Shown: positions 1 to 14,005, counted from the whole stretch's first letter. The stretch: DNA of 63,639 bases, filler included, from Reticulomyxa filosa (GCA_000512085.1; 11 parts of 11 records of this genome joined end to end with filler, not necessarily neighbours in it); one strand, 5' to 3'. The notes: a model not told the origin generated them from the sequence alone. Translations and numbers: made by a program.

Positions 1-585
1 TATGATGCATACATAACAAATACAAACATCTTGCAATAAATACAAATAAATAATAAAAGCATTGATGGTTAGTGTTACTTGATTTAGCTGTGTTAAATCT
101 AATTACTAGCAGCTATCTAAATTTAAAAAAAATTACAGTTGAGACATAGTCTGAATTTGTACTACAAGCATACATGCAGTGACAAAAGTCTTGACACTAA
201 AATAGTATTATGAAGATTATCGATTTTCTAAGTCAAAAATAAACATTTTTTCAAATCTTTTTTAAAATGTATTACAATTGATGAAGTCCGTTCGTAGTTT
301 CTTTTTATAAAAATTTTTGTTCAGCAGAAAAAGGAAGACTGGAAGATGTTGTCAAATTGTTGGTGAACGATTGTGGTACTAATCAAAAAATATTGATATA
401 TTTTGAAAGAGAACCAATGGTTTAAAAAATAGAGGTTTTGCAAATAAAAAGATTTGATTTGTAATAAAGAACATCAAACAAACCAAAAAACCCGATATTC
501 AAAAATGGTAGAGAAAATGGATTTTTGGATAGTGATCACAAAGAACTCACAAGCTTACACAAAAAATAAAAACAAGAAAATAGTA

Positions 586-2895
586 TTACTCAGTTTTAGT
601 AGATTGCATTAAAATTTCAGCACCATCTTTAATACCATAATATTTTAAAGTTTGCATATCATCAGACAATGAAACAGGAAACATATCACCAGAATTCCGA
701 AGCATTAGTTGTTGATACATTGTTCCCAGTTGAAACGAACGTTTACACAACATTTTTAGTTGTCCAACAGTTATACTCAGAGGTAAATTTTTTTCTAAAG
801 GTTGTGACGTGATTGATTTTGGATCCATTGATCGAATTGTTACTGAAACTGTGTCAATATTTTGTTTTGTAGTTTTTTTAAGTTTTGGCTCTCCCCATTT
901 TTTTTGTAATTCTTTAAAACGCGAAAACTTTTTTTCAATTTCATCATTTTCATTGGTATCATTCACCTTTTTTTCTTCCTCAGTTGCATTCGTGTTTGTG
1001 TGCATATCCTCCCATTGATTTTTAATCCATTTTAAATAATATATTTCAGCATCTTTTCTTTCTTTATCTGTTATTCCACTTGAATTACAAACGGTTAACC
1101 TATATAATATTTATTACATGTTAAATGTTATATGTTATATATTACATTGCATTGTAATTTCTTTAACTTTGCCATTTTTGCAATAGCAAAATCTCGGATT
1201 GCTAATTCACTTATTTCTTTAGACAATGGATTTTCAATTATTAACAAATGTTTCAAATTTGGAAATTTGTTTAATTCATCAAATATTTCAAGTGAGTTAA
1301 TTTTATTACTTCGTATCCAAAATACTTCTAGTTTTCTTTGTTTTTTTTTTTTTTAAAATACGGATATTGAATATATTTATTTCTTTTAAAATACATTACG
1401 TATACATATATACGTGTATATTAACTCAAATTTATTGTTCACATAAAAAATGCGATCAAAAAACGCATAAGAACATAGCAATTTCGTGAGCAAAGGTAAA
1501 TCACCAAATGTATTTGGCATTATCTTCCAATCGCTAATGGGGTTGTCACTTATATTCAATGTTTGCAACCAAGGGAACAATTGTGCAATATGCTCACTAC
1601 TAGGCTCAAACAACTTTTCTTCGCCATTTTCACACTATTATCAATCAATAAACAAATAAAAAAAGTGTGACAAAAAGAGCATACACATAACGTGGAGATT
1701 GAGTGGGAGGCTAAAGTGGGACAATCGATTGGAGCACAGCTGTAGCTCTCGTAATTGCGGAAGGCATTTATAAAGGGCGAGGTGGTAAACGACCCACCAC
1801 GTGGTAGAGAAGGTTTGTTCTCGTTCGATGGGTGAGCACGTATCATTGAGGAATAACCGTTGCAACAAAGGAAACGCATTTTCAAACGGTTTGAACAGAT
1901 TGGCCTTGCACTCCTCTATCTTTCCCTTGCTTTTCGAAAGATGCTCTCGAAAATATAACACATTCAAAGCATTGTTCGATAAGTTCAATTCTATCAACGA
2001 CTCAAACGCTTTAAATCCATGCAATGTACTCCAACTGCACAAATAATTACGACGAAGATCAAGCACCTGTTAAGAAACAATTAAAAAAAAAGGTTTGCAT
2101 ATTCAAACAGATATATTAAACACATTGAGTTAATAAATAAATCATATTCATATATGCCTAAATGTATATGTATACGTATTATCAAACTTCGACACAAGGC
2201 ATTTGTTGCTTTATTTCTTCGCAAGTACTCAAATCGATGTAAGCAGTGTCGTGCTGATCGACGTAGATTTGTCGTTTATTTTCTAACTGATGTGCTTTTC
2301 GAATTGACTTATCCCATCCAACAAATTGATACTTGTAATTGCTTGACTCTTCGATCAAGTTTTGCTCTTTCAGGTCATCTGATAATGACTTTTATTTTTT
2401 TTGTTTAAACAAAAACAAATAAATAAATACAATGAATAAAGAATAATGTAAATGTCATACTTAACATCTAACGCAAAACGGTCTTTGATCACGTTAAGCA
2501 AATCTCGTCCAAACTTTGCCTTTGGTGGTTTGATAAACGATCCTTGGTTTGGTGGGCAAGTGTAATATCGAACAGTCTTTTTGTTATTTTTTTTATTTCT
2601 TGTTTTTGTGAAGCTGCACCCCCTTTTTTTTTAAGTGTAAATTCTGTCTCCTTTCTATACTCTCTTTGGGTATATAAACAGTGTTTTGCATTTGTACTTG
2701 TCCATCACTGGTCACTACTGAACCGTCATGTTTTCCTCGGTTTTGTGCCTCCCATTCAATACCGAACCATACTGCATCTGCTTTTTGCGACGTTGCTACT
2801 GGGCCGACGTAGCGAATGATTCCATACGATCCTTCGCATTCAATCCGTTCTCCCAATCGGTCCTTGTAATCATCTATTGCTGATATTTCCGACAT
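586..2895 (-). CDS. TBCE: Tubulin-specific chaperone E (CAP-Gly + LRR + C-terminal ubiquitin-like), multi-exon
   Basis: N-terminal exon LGERIECEGSYGIIRYVGPV...WFGIEWEAQNRGKHDGS (CAP-Gly). LRR exons LDLRRNYL, LNLSNNAL, LQTLNISDNPI. C-terminal exon KNLPLSITVGQLKMLCKRSF...LSDDMQTLKYYGIKDGAEILM (Ubl). Domain order is typical of TBCE. Confidence 0.9.
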
Positions 2896-3448
2896 TTTGT
2901 AGAACAGTGCTCTTTATTCTAAAGCCAAATGCGTAAATTTTTGGCTCTTTGAGGACGGTTCCCATTTCTTGCAAAGGTTTTTGTACAACCAACGTTTTTA
3001 CTTAAAAACTTTTGAGAATATGCTTTTAGACTATTTATTACTTTTTATCGAATATTGGCATATTAAAAACAAGAAATTTGTCAATGTGGCCAGTTCAAAC
3101 AAAAAAATGAAAAAATCGAACTGTGTTTGTAACACCAAACGAAATACAGACACAAGCCTATAAAATATGGCAATATAATCTAAAATCAACAGAATTTGAA
3201 AAGAAAATGAGTTTTCATATTTTCGTGTGAGCGACAAAAAAATATTCGAGCAAAAGATTCCGGAAATATTTTTTTACAAAAGTTATTTTTACTTTGAAAT
3301 AATTTTACAAATATTATTTATTTAGCTTTCTTGACAGCTTCACAGCAAAAAGATTTTTCTTCTGCTTCGCAAAAAAAAAAAAAGGTGAAACCAAAAAAAG
3401 TCCGGCAGCCCAAAAACTAATGTAGGGGAAAGGAACAATGTGTTTTTG

Positions 3449-6400
3449 TCAATCCATTTTTTCATCCTCTTTGGTATCTGGCCTTTGTTTTTTAGTTTGG
3501 CTCTTTTTAGGTGATTGTTCTGAGCTATTTGATTTGCCTGACTTATTTTTTTCTGGAGAAGTTAGTGTCAATGAATCTTTATCAGTTTTGGCTTTTAAGG
3601 CTTTAATTTTTGATTTGTCAGCTGCCGCCATTGATTGTGCAACCATTGAAGAAACTGTGTTGGGATTTCTTCCACGTGCGGTCCATTGCACTTGCATATC
3701 ATTGATTCTTTCTCTGTGGATCATGGAAATTCTTCGTTTGTTTGACAATACTTTTTTGCGTTGCTCTAATTTTATCCAAACAAAAAAAGTTATTTCTTTT
3801 TAATTTTTAATTGAATTTTTTTTTAAAAAATAGACGTTAAAAAAAAAAAAGTGAACATACCATCCATCTTTTTTTGCCTTTCTGTCCTTTCTTGTTGTTT
3901 TTTTCGTTCTCTTTCGGCCAACTTGCCTTCTCTTTTCTTTTTGCGATCAAACTTCTTGCGCAGCTCATTTCTTGTTTCTTTTTCTTCCAAATTTTGCAAA
4001 TCCTCTCGTTTCTTTTGGTGAATAGCTTGTTGCTCTTGTGCTTTCTTTTGTTTGCGCAGTTTGCGTTCTTGCAAGACCTTTTCTCGCATTAGACATGCCA
4101 CTCGTTTTTTTTCGCGAAGATATTCTGTTTTGTTTGCACCGGTGGAAGGATGAACTGGAGAACTCCATTCTGACTCTCTTCTCGCGACAGGGTTTACAGC
4201 AAATACTTTGAACGTATAAGCGACTCCATTTTTCAAAAAGCGGAACCGTGACTGTTGGCGATTCGTTACCATGGTGTACGTGGGGGGTTCGCTTATCGCT
4301 TCGTACCATCCCTGATATTCGGGCATTCCCAATTCCTCGCATACCCAGAATACAGTGACCTCTCCATCAAATGGAACGCAAGTCAAGAAAGTGGGCTGAG
4401 GAGGAATCTAAGGATGTTGTAAACATTGAATTATTTATCAATTATGTGTTATGTATTATGTATTATGTATTATTTATTACAATAGAAAGATTTGGATATA
4501 AATAAAATAAATAAAATAAATAAATAAAGCATTACATACCATCAAAGGCGTAACCCCTTCACTTTGATCACTCCATTGTGATCTTCCTTCTTTGTTCTTT
4601 CCGCACACAGTAAACTTGTAATTGACTCCATTTCGCAATCCTTTGAACAGGATGGGACTAGAAGTGCAATCTTTCATCGTGATAGTAGGTGGGATGCTTT
4701 CAATTTCGTATTTGGCACGATATTCTTCTGTGGCATAGTCATTGCATTCAAAAGCAATCATCGCGCTGTTTTGGCGTGGGATTAGTTTGACAATCTTGGG
4801 CATCGGCGGCACTCCCTTGGGAACAACGCCTTTGCTAAAGTCGGTGATTTTGGTTTCCGTCAGAGTGACCGCCTTGATTCGAATGGCATATTCTTCTCCA
4901 TTGTTCAATGGAGATATGCGAATGGGACTGCTCGCATAGCGTTTGGCTCTGCGAAACAATGGCTTTTCATTGGTGACGCTGTCTTCTCCCAACTCCTTTG
5001 CCCACGTGGATTTCTTGCGTAAGCGAGATCGCGGAGCCAATCGTCGCATATGTGGCGCGACCTCTTCCACTCCTGGCGTCGCGCTCAAGCTCGGCGACAT
5101 TGGTGCAGATTCCTCGTGCTTTTCCTCTCCTTCTCCAGAGGATCCCAATGGCGTTGGGGTGCCCTCTTCGCCCTGCTTTTTCGTCTTACCACTGCTCGGT
5201 TTCCCTTTGGTCTTGGTCTTGTTTTTGACTTTGCTCTTTGTTGACTTGTGTTGCTTTTTCGCCAGTTTTTTCACTTTGTCCGTTTCCGCCCCGAGTTTCT
5301 CCATCTCTTCCCATGCCTCCGCGTCAATTTGCGTTTTCAAACTGGGCACCTCTGGCTGTTCCGGTAGCAATTCGACTTCAAACCAGGCTTTGATTTGCGG
5401 ATCGTCGTAGCTGTCAAACATTAGCAATTTGTCATTAGTCTTATAGTCATATAGTCAATTGATATGCATACGTTTTGGAAATGTACATGCATGCATGTTT
5501 GTTTATATAAATATATTTATATAATAAATAAAGAAGGATATTTTACCTTGGACATTCAAAATGTACAGTGATTTCACGGTTTCCTGCCTCAACAGACACC
5601 AATTGAGGTTGTGGCGGAGCCAAGCTCGGGTAAGCCGACTCGGGTTCGCTGTATGACACACCGACGGCATTGACGGACGCGATGATGATTTTGTATGTTT
5701 GTCCGTTAACCAAGCCGCACAAGCGAATCGGCTCGCTGTCGTCATCGGGGACCATCAGTCGCCCTTCCTTGAGCTTGTACACCTGACTCTCCTCGTCCAA
5801 GGGCGGCGCCACGATTACTTCAAATGACGCCTGCACGTCCTTCGCCTTGGCATTTGGACAAGAAAAGTCGATCAGCAATTCGTTGGGCTTGCCACGAATG
5901 TTGGTGATCCGTGGTTTGGGCGGCAGCTTCAGAGGAGTCACTTTCTTGCTCGGCGTGCTGGTGCTGCTGGTCACTTGGTTGCAAGTGCGAACCGTGAAAA
6001 TGTAATCCTCTCCATTCACCAATTTGCTGAACACCACGGGACTCCCTTTCACCGTTATCGTGCGAATGCGTTTCTCTTTGTCCTCCGACATCTATATTGC
6101 ATTTTTTTTTTTTTTTTTAGTCAATTTAACGTCGAATGTTTGTAAGGTCACATGTATACAAATTACTCAACATTGAAGTGGAGTTATTTTATTTTTTTCC
6201 AATATATGCATATACATATATATATATATATATACACACAATTTGCGTACTTTGTCATCATCCATGCTATTGCCAGCTTCAACGCCATCAGAAAACATAA
6301 CCCTCTTCGGGGTTGCTCCGATGGACATGGTTTGGAAGGAACGCTCGTGGGTCGGGGCGGTAACTTGAGGAATGTGCCGACATTCGACTTCGTACCACAC

Positions 6401-8279
6401 GTCCATGTGGGGACACACTTTCGGACGTCGCGTTTCCTCGTCGCATACAAAGCGGATTTGAACTGCCCCGGGATTGGGTATCACCGACTCGATCACGGGT
6501 TTGTTGGGCGGCACAATGTTGACGTCGTAATAGGTCAGTCCAGGCCCAGGCCACAAGCCATGAGGATCAACAGCCTCCCACCCGCACTCCGGAGGCATTT
6601 CGTCCTTGGCCTCTGCCAAAACGATGTAATAGTCTTGGTTGTCTTTTCTTAGTGCCCAAATTGCTTCGTCTGTTTCAAGAGCATTATTGAGAGAGAGAGA
6701 GAGAGAGAGAGAAACCAAAAATTTGTTTGTTTGTGTGATGGTATCAAGTGTGGCCCATCTCGTGTGTCACTACATATGTATACATATACATATACATACA
6801 TATATATATATATATAAATATATGTGTGTATGGACAAATTTGAAACTTTGCTTTTCGCTCAAATAAATGCGACAAATGCGAAAGGATGGGTCCTCGTTTT
6901 TGACAAAGCGCAGGGCGCCATTTTCTTGTCCGGAAATGGTGTATTTGCCGTCCACCTCTTTGGTCCCACCTCGTTGGACCATCATCACGCGAAACACTTT
7001 TTTCTCACGTGCAAAGGTTAAAGAAATTTCAGGGGAAATGCCCAAGACTCCTCCTTTGACTTTGGAGAGGATCATGTTGATGTGGTCTTCAATGCTTTTC
7101 AACACTTCTTTCACCGATTTGACGGCGCTCAAATCCTCTTTTCCAACACTCGCGACAATGTCTCCGACTTGCAAATCGAATTTGTGTGCCTGTGAGCCCT
7201 CTTCGATGGATTGAATGGCCACGAATTGGTCGTGGGACTCGATCAATTGCAACTCAAAGCCGAATTTTTCATTAACGTTAAATGTGTATTTTAGCATGTG
7301 AAACGGCGAAAATTTGTAAGGATCGTCTTCAAAAAACTGTTCTTTTTGTTGTGTCTTTTGCGAGTCCAGTCGCACTCCGGGAGCCGGATATTCACCTTTT
7401 ATTGCGTCCCAACCGCTGCTGGGTGGTAAATCATCCGTCACTATTTTATTGTTGTTAAATCAACTTCTAACAATCATACAATTCATAAAAGATCAACCAA
7501 AGAGCAAGGAGAAGGAGGGAGGGGAGGACATTGCAATTAGTGCGAAAAAAGTTGTTTTCAAAAAAATTGAAGTAATAATAATAAAAAAAAGGTCGTTTCT
7601 AACATTTCATATAATATGTATGTACATATATACATATACATATATATTATATATATATATATATGTATATATGTATATGTATATATATGCTTATATGTAT
7701 GTGTGGATTATATACACATCATATACCTCGGCCGGAATACAGATTAGCATCATTGTGAGAAAATAGCCATTGCTCTTCGTCACACCAAATACGGACATTT
7801 TCAGTCGCAGGGGTTTGATCGGGCAATTCGATCAATTTGTACTCTGGGAATCCATTTGTCGTTGTAGAGTACATGTACTTGCCATTCACAACGGATGTGC
7901 CTTTCGTGTGTTGTCATTCATTTATTCGTTATAACATATTGAACATTCAAAAAGCCATCGATCAAACAAGTAGAGAGAAGATAGTGAGAACAAATATAGT
8001 TTTTGTTTTGTTTGCTTTTGTAAGTCTGTCGCAATTAAATATGCGTGCATATGTGTTGAAGTATTATGTGTGTATGTGTGTGATTGGGTGCAGAAAAAAA
8101 GAAAAAAATGTATCAAACCCGCTCTTTCAACGTAAATAACAACTGATTCGGCATGCTTTGCCAATTTTTTGTTTTTTTCTTTTTTTTTTTTGTCTTGTTT
8201 TTCTTCATTTGAACCACCCGACTCTTCACTTGTCGACAAATCATCACTACTCGCACCTTCTTCGCTCTCACTTGACTCA
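3449..8279 (-). CDS. Large multi-exon protein with a PDZ-like domain, several fibronectin type III repeats and a charged coiled-coil tail; 5' end truncated at the contig edge
   Basis: FN3 motifs LVNGEDYIFTVRTCN, LVNGQTYKIIIASVNAVG, LRNGVNYKFTVCGKNKEG, LKNGVAYTFKVFAVN. PDZ-like FGFELQ...IQSIEEGSQAHKFDLQVGDIVASVG in ORF 6770-7441. Exons are collinear on the minus strand. Confidence 0.7.
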
Positions 8280-8379
8280 NNNNNNNNNNNNNNNNNNNNN
8301 NNNNNNNNNNNNNNNNNNNNNNNTTAATTAATTAANNNNNNNNNNNNNNNNNNNNNNNNNNNNNNNNNNNNNNNNNNNN
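8280..8379. other. Artificial contig linker (N-TTAATTAATTAA-N). It recurs at about 13801, 17552, 19683, 39297, 42907, 45385, 52069, 58727 and 62131.
   Basis: The same six-frame-stop 12-mer sits inside ~100-nt N runs ten times in the window. Confidence 0.97.
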
Positions 8380-8681
8380 AAAAAAAAAAAAAGTGATACC
8401 TTCTAAATCAAATCGATCCAATCGACCTTCCAAACCATGTTCAAACAACGGCGGTAAAGTGTTGTCATCGTCAAAGTCTTCTTGAACCCGTGTGACTTCC
8501 TCTTCCATTTCGTCCTCAAAAGCGTGCTCCGACTCTTCCTTTTCTTCCTCCCCTTGGCCACTTATTGTGTCATTGACACTCATCGAATGTGACTTGCTTC
8601 TGCTCTGGCTCTTGCTTGTACTGTTTTCCCGTCGCAAGAGTTCTGGCTTGATCCATTTCGTATGAGCTATTGTTTTGTTCA

Positions 8682-8718
<37 letters not shown>

Positions 8719-9453
8719 GTTATTATTGCTGCGAGGGTGTGTCTGACCATCTTGATGAGCAAAAGGCAAAGCCGTAGTGATCTGGGATTGACATCGCCTT
8801 TCTTTTTCCGGGACCAAGAGTTTGGAATCGGCAATGTACGTAAAGGTGAACAATTTCCATAAACCCCTTTGGTTTGGACATTGTCTTGCAAACAGTTCGC
8901 AAGCACTGTACACCATCAATGAACTATTTTCTCCGTACAATAATACCGATGGATTTGGAGAATTACCACCACCACCACCACCACCACCACCACTGCCGCC
9001 ACTGAGATGGTTTCCATTGCTATTGTTACTATTGTCATTGTTATTGTTATTGTTATTGTTGTTGCTGCTGTTGCAGTTCAAACTACGGAATACTTGTCTG
9101 AACAAGTTTGGAAAGTAGTTTTGACAGCTTTGAAATATCCACGTACTCATCGCATTGCTTACGATATAGCAATGGCAATTGTCCAGCCGGATCAACTTCA
9201 GTATCAAGTTGAGCACGACCACCTCCAATGCTCGCAGCTTCTCTCTCAGCTCGCTTGGGAGTTCGTTGTAAGGGGTTCGCAACATCGACGGGTTGCTCAA
9301 TAAATAGCTCGTCGGGAGGATGGTGTCGTCCCAGTCCAATATTATTATTCGCTTCTTATCGTTGAACGGCGAAGACAAAGACCAAAATGAGGGCTCACTA
9401 TCACTGCTACCATTGCGTTGCCAACTGGGAAAGCCACAAGGCAAGTTACTCAT
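8380..9453 (-). CDS. HAD-superfamily-like hypothetical protein with poly-N/poly-G tracts; 3' end truncated
   Basis: IIILDWDDTILPT (DxDxT motif I) and YIVSNA (motif II). First ATG at 9453. Confidence 0.6.
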
Positions 9454-9769
9454 TTGTCTATTGTCAAACAAATGGAGGTTAGATAGCTATTCGTGATGAG
9501 GCGAGAGAAAAAAAAACTATTTTTTTTTGCAAATTTTTCACAAAGTTTAAAAAAACGTGAGGTCAAAAGCAGCTTTCCTTTGTCGAAACAGCTGCCGTAT
9601 TATTTGCGATTTTGCACAAGAAAGTGGTAGTACAAAGTTTGATGATCAAATTGTTGGCAAAGAAAAGAAGAGGGAGAAAAAAAAACAACAAAACATAAAT
9701 TGGAGATTTGAATATAATTGGCTATGAAGTTTGATAAAAAGATTTGCATAATGGATTTGTTGAAAAGTA

Positions 9770-11118
9770 TCATATTTTGGGAGTAAAATCAGACTCTTGA
9801 ATTTTGGTGAGTTTGTTGTGTTTCATTTTGAGACGCGCCTCGGGAGTGAGTACTTGAGAAGACAGTTTATTGTGCAAAGGATCGGGCTTGGAGTTTTGAT
9901 TATCCATGGCGGAGATCAAAAAGGCATTCCACTCATCATCAATAAACAATTTCACAGGACTGAGTTTCAATGCTTCTCGTTGCATAAGAGGGTCAATGAT
10001 TAGCTGTGTTTCTTTGATTGTCACTGTTCAATTAAAACCCCCCCCCCCCCCCCGACAACAATCAACAATAAATCGTAACAAACGTATAAAACGATACCTC
10101 CTTTCCCCCCTCCCCCCCCCCCTCCCCTTCATCCCTTTTCCAACACATACTAATTTTGCTGTGCAAATCTCCCTCGCAGCTGACCGTGATTGCTCCATAA
10201 ATCCCACCCTCATTTTTTTTGTAAACGACCCATTTGAAGTAACATTTGAAATGTCCGTTGTGCTCCACAAACAAAGGCCGAACAGATATGCCATTACGAT
10301 AGCCAGTGCCAAGGACATCTGTCACGGGCTCGTACGTACTCAAAAAATTTTGGATTGATCTCAACCAAGGACGATGTGGTCGATATGCCCACCATTTGAA
10401 CCATCTATTTTATATTATATACATATATACACATATATATATATATATATGTAAATAATATAAAATATCCAAATACGTATGATAATAATAATAATAATAA
10501 AAATATACTCTCAACGTTTTGCCGATCAACATTACCAACGTTGGCACTGGCAAGTATCCAAAGTCTTTATATATTTTCTCAAAACGATTCTGACTGAACT
10601 TTGCCAAGTTTTTTTCGAAATATATAGGACCCCTTTTTCGATAAATTGCGAATCGAAGCCAGAACTTTAGGAACCAATAACTGCACCCAAGTGCCACTGT
10701 CCATTTAATAAATGGGAATGTATACTGTCTGTAGCGGTAGATCAGATACCCGATTATTCCCCATTTCAACATTTTAAACAAGCCCAAATTGTACGCCATC
10801 GCGAGATAGCGCTTCCATCCTTTGTCAAACATTAGTGTTACTTTCACTCGTGGCTGAGGGATTTCATTCAACTTCGGAGCATTCACAAAGCCTTTTCGTC
10901 ACAATTTTCATTTGCGTTTTTCATTATTGTTATTGTTTCGGGTTTTTTTTTTTTTTTTTTATGTTTTGCTCAGAACGGCAGAAAAACTCATTTGCACCCC
11001 AGCAACAACAAAAAAATCCCCGAATTTACTCGAAACTTCTCACTTGTTGGGAAGGTAATGTTTTCCAGAATCCACCAAATGCGAGCTTTGATCTGGAAGG
11101 AAACAGTAGCCTGGACAT
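9770..11118 (-). CDS. Hypothetical multi-exon membrane protein with a mitochondrial-presequence-like first exon
   Basis: Candidate exon 1 MSRLLFPSRSKLAFGGFWKTLPSQQVRSF from ATG 11118. Two hydrophobic segments in ORF 10410-10886. Further exons at 10062-10364 and 9770-10024. Confidence 0.45.
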
Positions 11119-11438
11119 GTGCAGTATTATTAATTATCAATATAAAAAAATCGCGGGAGGACTAATCCCTTCCTGCCCCCTATTTCAGAACTGAGTTTTG
11201 AAACGTACGGATGGCACTTAGAAAAGGGTAAAAAAAAATATATAAAAGAGAGGAATAAGTCAAATAATGTTGTATGAACCACAAGTAAAAACCTGCGAGA
11301 GAAAAAAATAAAAACCAAACTTGAACCAAGTTTTTGTTTGGACACTATTGATCATATCAATCAAAATGGTTTTGAAAAAAAAAAAATATATGTATTGAAA
11401 AAAAAAAGGGCCGAGTAAGTGAAAAGAGAGACAGCAGG

Positions 11439-12881
11439 TTAAGAAATGGGAAATCCACAAATAAGTTTGATTTGGTCGTATTCATTTGGCAAGGTTCGAA
11501 TCATCGGTAAAATGGAGGTTTGATAGAATTGTTCGCGTGACTTTGAATGGGTCTGTTTGGAGTGACTCCAATGGGCATGACCATAAAGAGTTTGATTCAA
11601 GACCAAGCCAAAGGAAGAGAAAAAGCCGGTTAATTTGGAAGGGTGGTCACTTTCCACGTCGAACACGATGATATCACGATTCAAGCGTTCCTTTCCAAAG
11701 TAGTGAAGCGTGCTGCAGATGTAATGATACCATTGCCAATACCATTGGAAATGAGCCAAATGCAAAGCAAGGGTGTTGTTGGCGGTCATTTTGTGAAACT
11801 TGCACAGCCGCATTTGATGTAAAAGATATTTGTGTTCAAACGCATCAGACTTACTCAAAAGCCAGTGTTTGACAGGGCGAATGTTCAAGATGTATTTCAT
11901 TTCGCTGCCATAGGTGCGATCCAAAATCTCAAACCAGTACCTGGCGCCAAAGGTGAGTCGCTTATGCGTAGTTGTGGTCTTTTTGCATTTGGCATGAGAT
12001 GAGGATCGAGGCAAAGGATCTATGATGGGCAAAAAGTGGCTTATATGTTCAATCAAAGGTAGCCAATATGATCTGTTCATATGTTGTAACAAGACGTCTA
12101 CAACAGCTGCAGAAGAAGAGTTGTTACCATGATGAGTATTATGTCGTCGCTGTTGATGTTGATGTTGATGTTGATGTTGATGGTACTTAGAACGATGATA
12201 AGAATGCAAAAGGGGATCATGAATATGAATCCTCGATTTTTTATTCACAAAAAAATACAAGTACTTTGCAAAATGTAAACATTGCTGTGCGCAAGAAACA
12301 CTAACGGCCCCACTAATGTCAGAAAAAAAAACAATGCTTTGAAAAGCTTTTAGAACATTACAATATGCAGTTGTGGTGGATGGATGCATTGTCCACTCAT
12401 ATCTCATTATGTCCACGGCTTTGATCATTCGAGTGGTCCTCCCTTTCAGTCTCTCCAGCTGCTGCATCCTGGGATAAATTAGTCGCAACATCTTTGCACT
12501 TGTCGAGTTCCTCGACTTGTTATGCTTAAGGTAATCCATCACGATCGGGGTTAGGTCATATTGCATCTTCACAAACTCGCTGGTGCTTTTCGTGTTCCCA
12601 TGCAACGATGGCACTCCATTGTCCGAAAAAAACTTAAACAATGTCGTCGTTCCTACGCGATTGCTGACGAGTGCAAAGATGCGAAATTTGTACTCGGCCG
12701 GCAGTGGCAACAACGATGACCGCCGCTTCTTTTTACTTTTTTTCATCTTTGGAGGCTCGTTTTCGACCCTGTTTTCCATTAATGTTATCGTGCTCTTTGG
12801 AGATACTATTGACACCTTTTCTATTGATGATGCTGAATACACTACCATTGCTATTACTATCCCTATTACTAGTAATATCAA
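11439..12881 (-). CDS. Type II membrane sulfotransferase-like (P-loop/PAPS-binding) protein
   Basis: N-terminal TM segment, IFALVSNRVGTTTLFKFF (5'-PSB-like loop), KYILNIRPVKHWLLS (3'-PB-like) and IIVFDVESD. A probable upstream first exon starts at ATG ~13127. Confidence 0.55.
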   Translation of the reverse strand: MILLVIGIVIAMVVYSASSIEKVSIVSPKSTITLMENRVENEPPKMKKSKKKRRSSLLPLPAEYKFRIFALVSNRVGTTTLFKFFSDNGVPSLHGNTKSTSEFVKMQYDLTPIVMDYLKHNKSRNSTSAKMLRLIYPRMQQLERLKGRTTRMIKAVDIMRYEWTMHPSTTTAYCNVLKAFQSIVFFSDISGAVSVSCAQQCLHFAKYLYFFVNKKSRIHIHDPLLHSYHRSKYHQHQHQHQHQQRRHNTHHGNNSSSAAVVDVLLQHMNRSYWLPLIEHISHFLPIIDPLPRSSSHAKCKKTTTTHKRLTFGARYWFEILDRTYGSEMKYILNIRPVKHWLLSKSDAFEHKYLLHQMRLCKFHKMTANNTLALHLAHFQWYWQWYHYICSTLHYFGKERLNRDIIVFDVESDHPSKLTGFFSSFGLVLNQTLYGHAHWSHSKQTHSKSREQFYQTSILPMIRTLPNEYDQIKLICGFPIS

Positions 12882-14005
12882 TAGTCGTTGATTTCTTTGC
12901 CATTTTTTATTTATGGCAACTCCTCTCTTCCCTAATTGCCCTTTTTTTTTTTTGTTTGTAATTTTTTTTTAAAGTTTTTTTGACAAAGGGGATTTCTAGA
13001 AAAAGTGCACGTTTTTGCCTTTGTTATTACTCTCAGTTGTCTCGTTTTGCTCTTTCATTTTTTGTTGTTGGAAGTCTTTTGGTGATGAAAATAATGCCTT
13101 TAACAATAATTCTTTGAACCTGCTCATAGTGTTTTTGCAAGATGCTCAGAAATTTTACAACTCCGTAGAAAAAAAAGGGGTAAGGAGAGAAAAAATAAAC
13201 GCGCAAGCTTAATACATTTTTTTAAAAGTATATTCGAGTGTACGGTTAGAAAAGTATCAGTGCAGACTTTTCTCTTTTTTACTTCTAGAAAGAGACATAA
13301 CATTGCACCCAAAGCCCTTGTTTTTCCTTAATTTTTATTACGGGTAAAAAAAAACTAAGACACTTTTTATTCAGGACAATGTCCATTTGAAGATCGTGTT
13401 TTCCATCCATCATTAGAATGGAATTGCATGGGTACGCACTTTTTTTTTAGTAATGAATTCGTGGGTCATATTAAAATATTTTTTTGACAAGCAGACACAC
13501 ACAATAAAAACAGTGTCTAAAAAATCTGTCCCACACAAAGCACTTTTTTTACACAAACAAATAGATCTTACCATATTGAGACCTGTACAATTTTGTACAA
13601 ATGGTTCAAAATCGAAGAGAAAAAGGGGGAAAGAAAAAGTTTGTCAAAAAAAGTTGGGATATGAATATTATTAAAAATAGTTTACGCTCACGAAATGGGA
13701 TTTCTCAAACCAACAACAAAAAAAAAAAAGGGGGTGAGGGGGGAAAGAAGGAAGAGGAAATGGGAAGAAAAGAGACAGTGAAAAAAAAGATACACTCAAA
13801 NNNNNNNNNNNNNNNNNNNNNNNNNNNNNNNNNNNNNNNNNNNNTTAATTAATTAANNNNNNNNNNNNNNNNNNNNNNNNNNNNNNNNNNNNNNNNNNNN
13901 AAAAAGGACTTAGTTTTTTTTTTTTTTTTTTTTGAAGTACGCGACCTTTTTTTTTTTTTACAAGGATAAAACATATATACATACATATATGTATATACAA
14001 ATAGA

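Noticed and set aside
4742-5410. Long antisense ORFs overlapping real genes (also 6152-6652, 54110-54586 and others)
   Set aside because: Shadow ORFs opposite GC-richer exons, with no recognisable motifs.
7610-7720. (TA)n/(TATATG)n tracts and the resulting YIYIY/HIHIH ORF tails throughout the window
   Set aside because: These are intronic microsatellites read through by the ORF caller.
8280-8379. Recurrent TTAATTAATTAA palindrome inside N runs as a biological repeat
   Set aside because: It is identical and always centred in fixed-length N padding, so it is a synthetic six-frame-stop contig linker. ORFs ending in XXX-LIN are artefacts of it.
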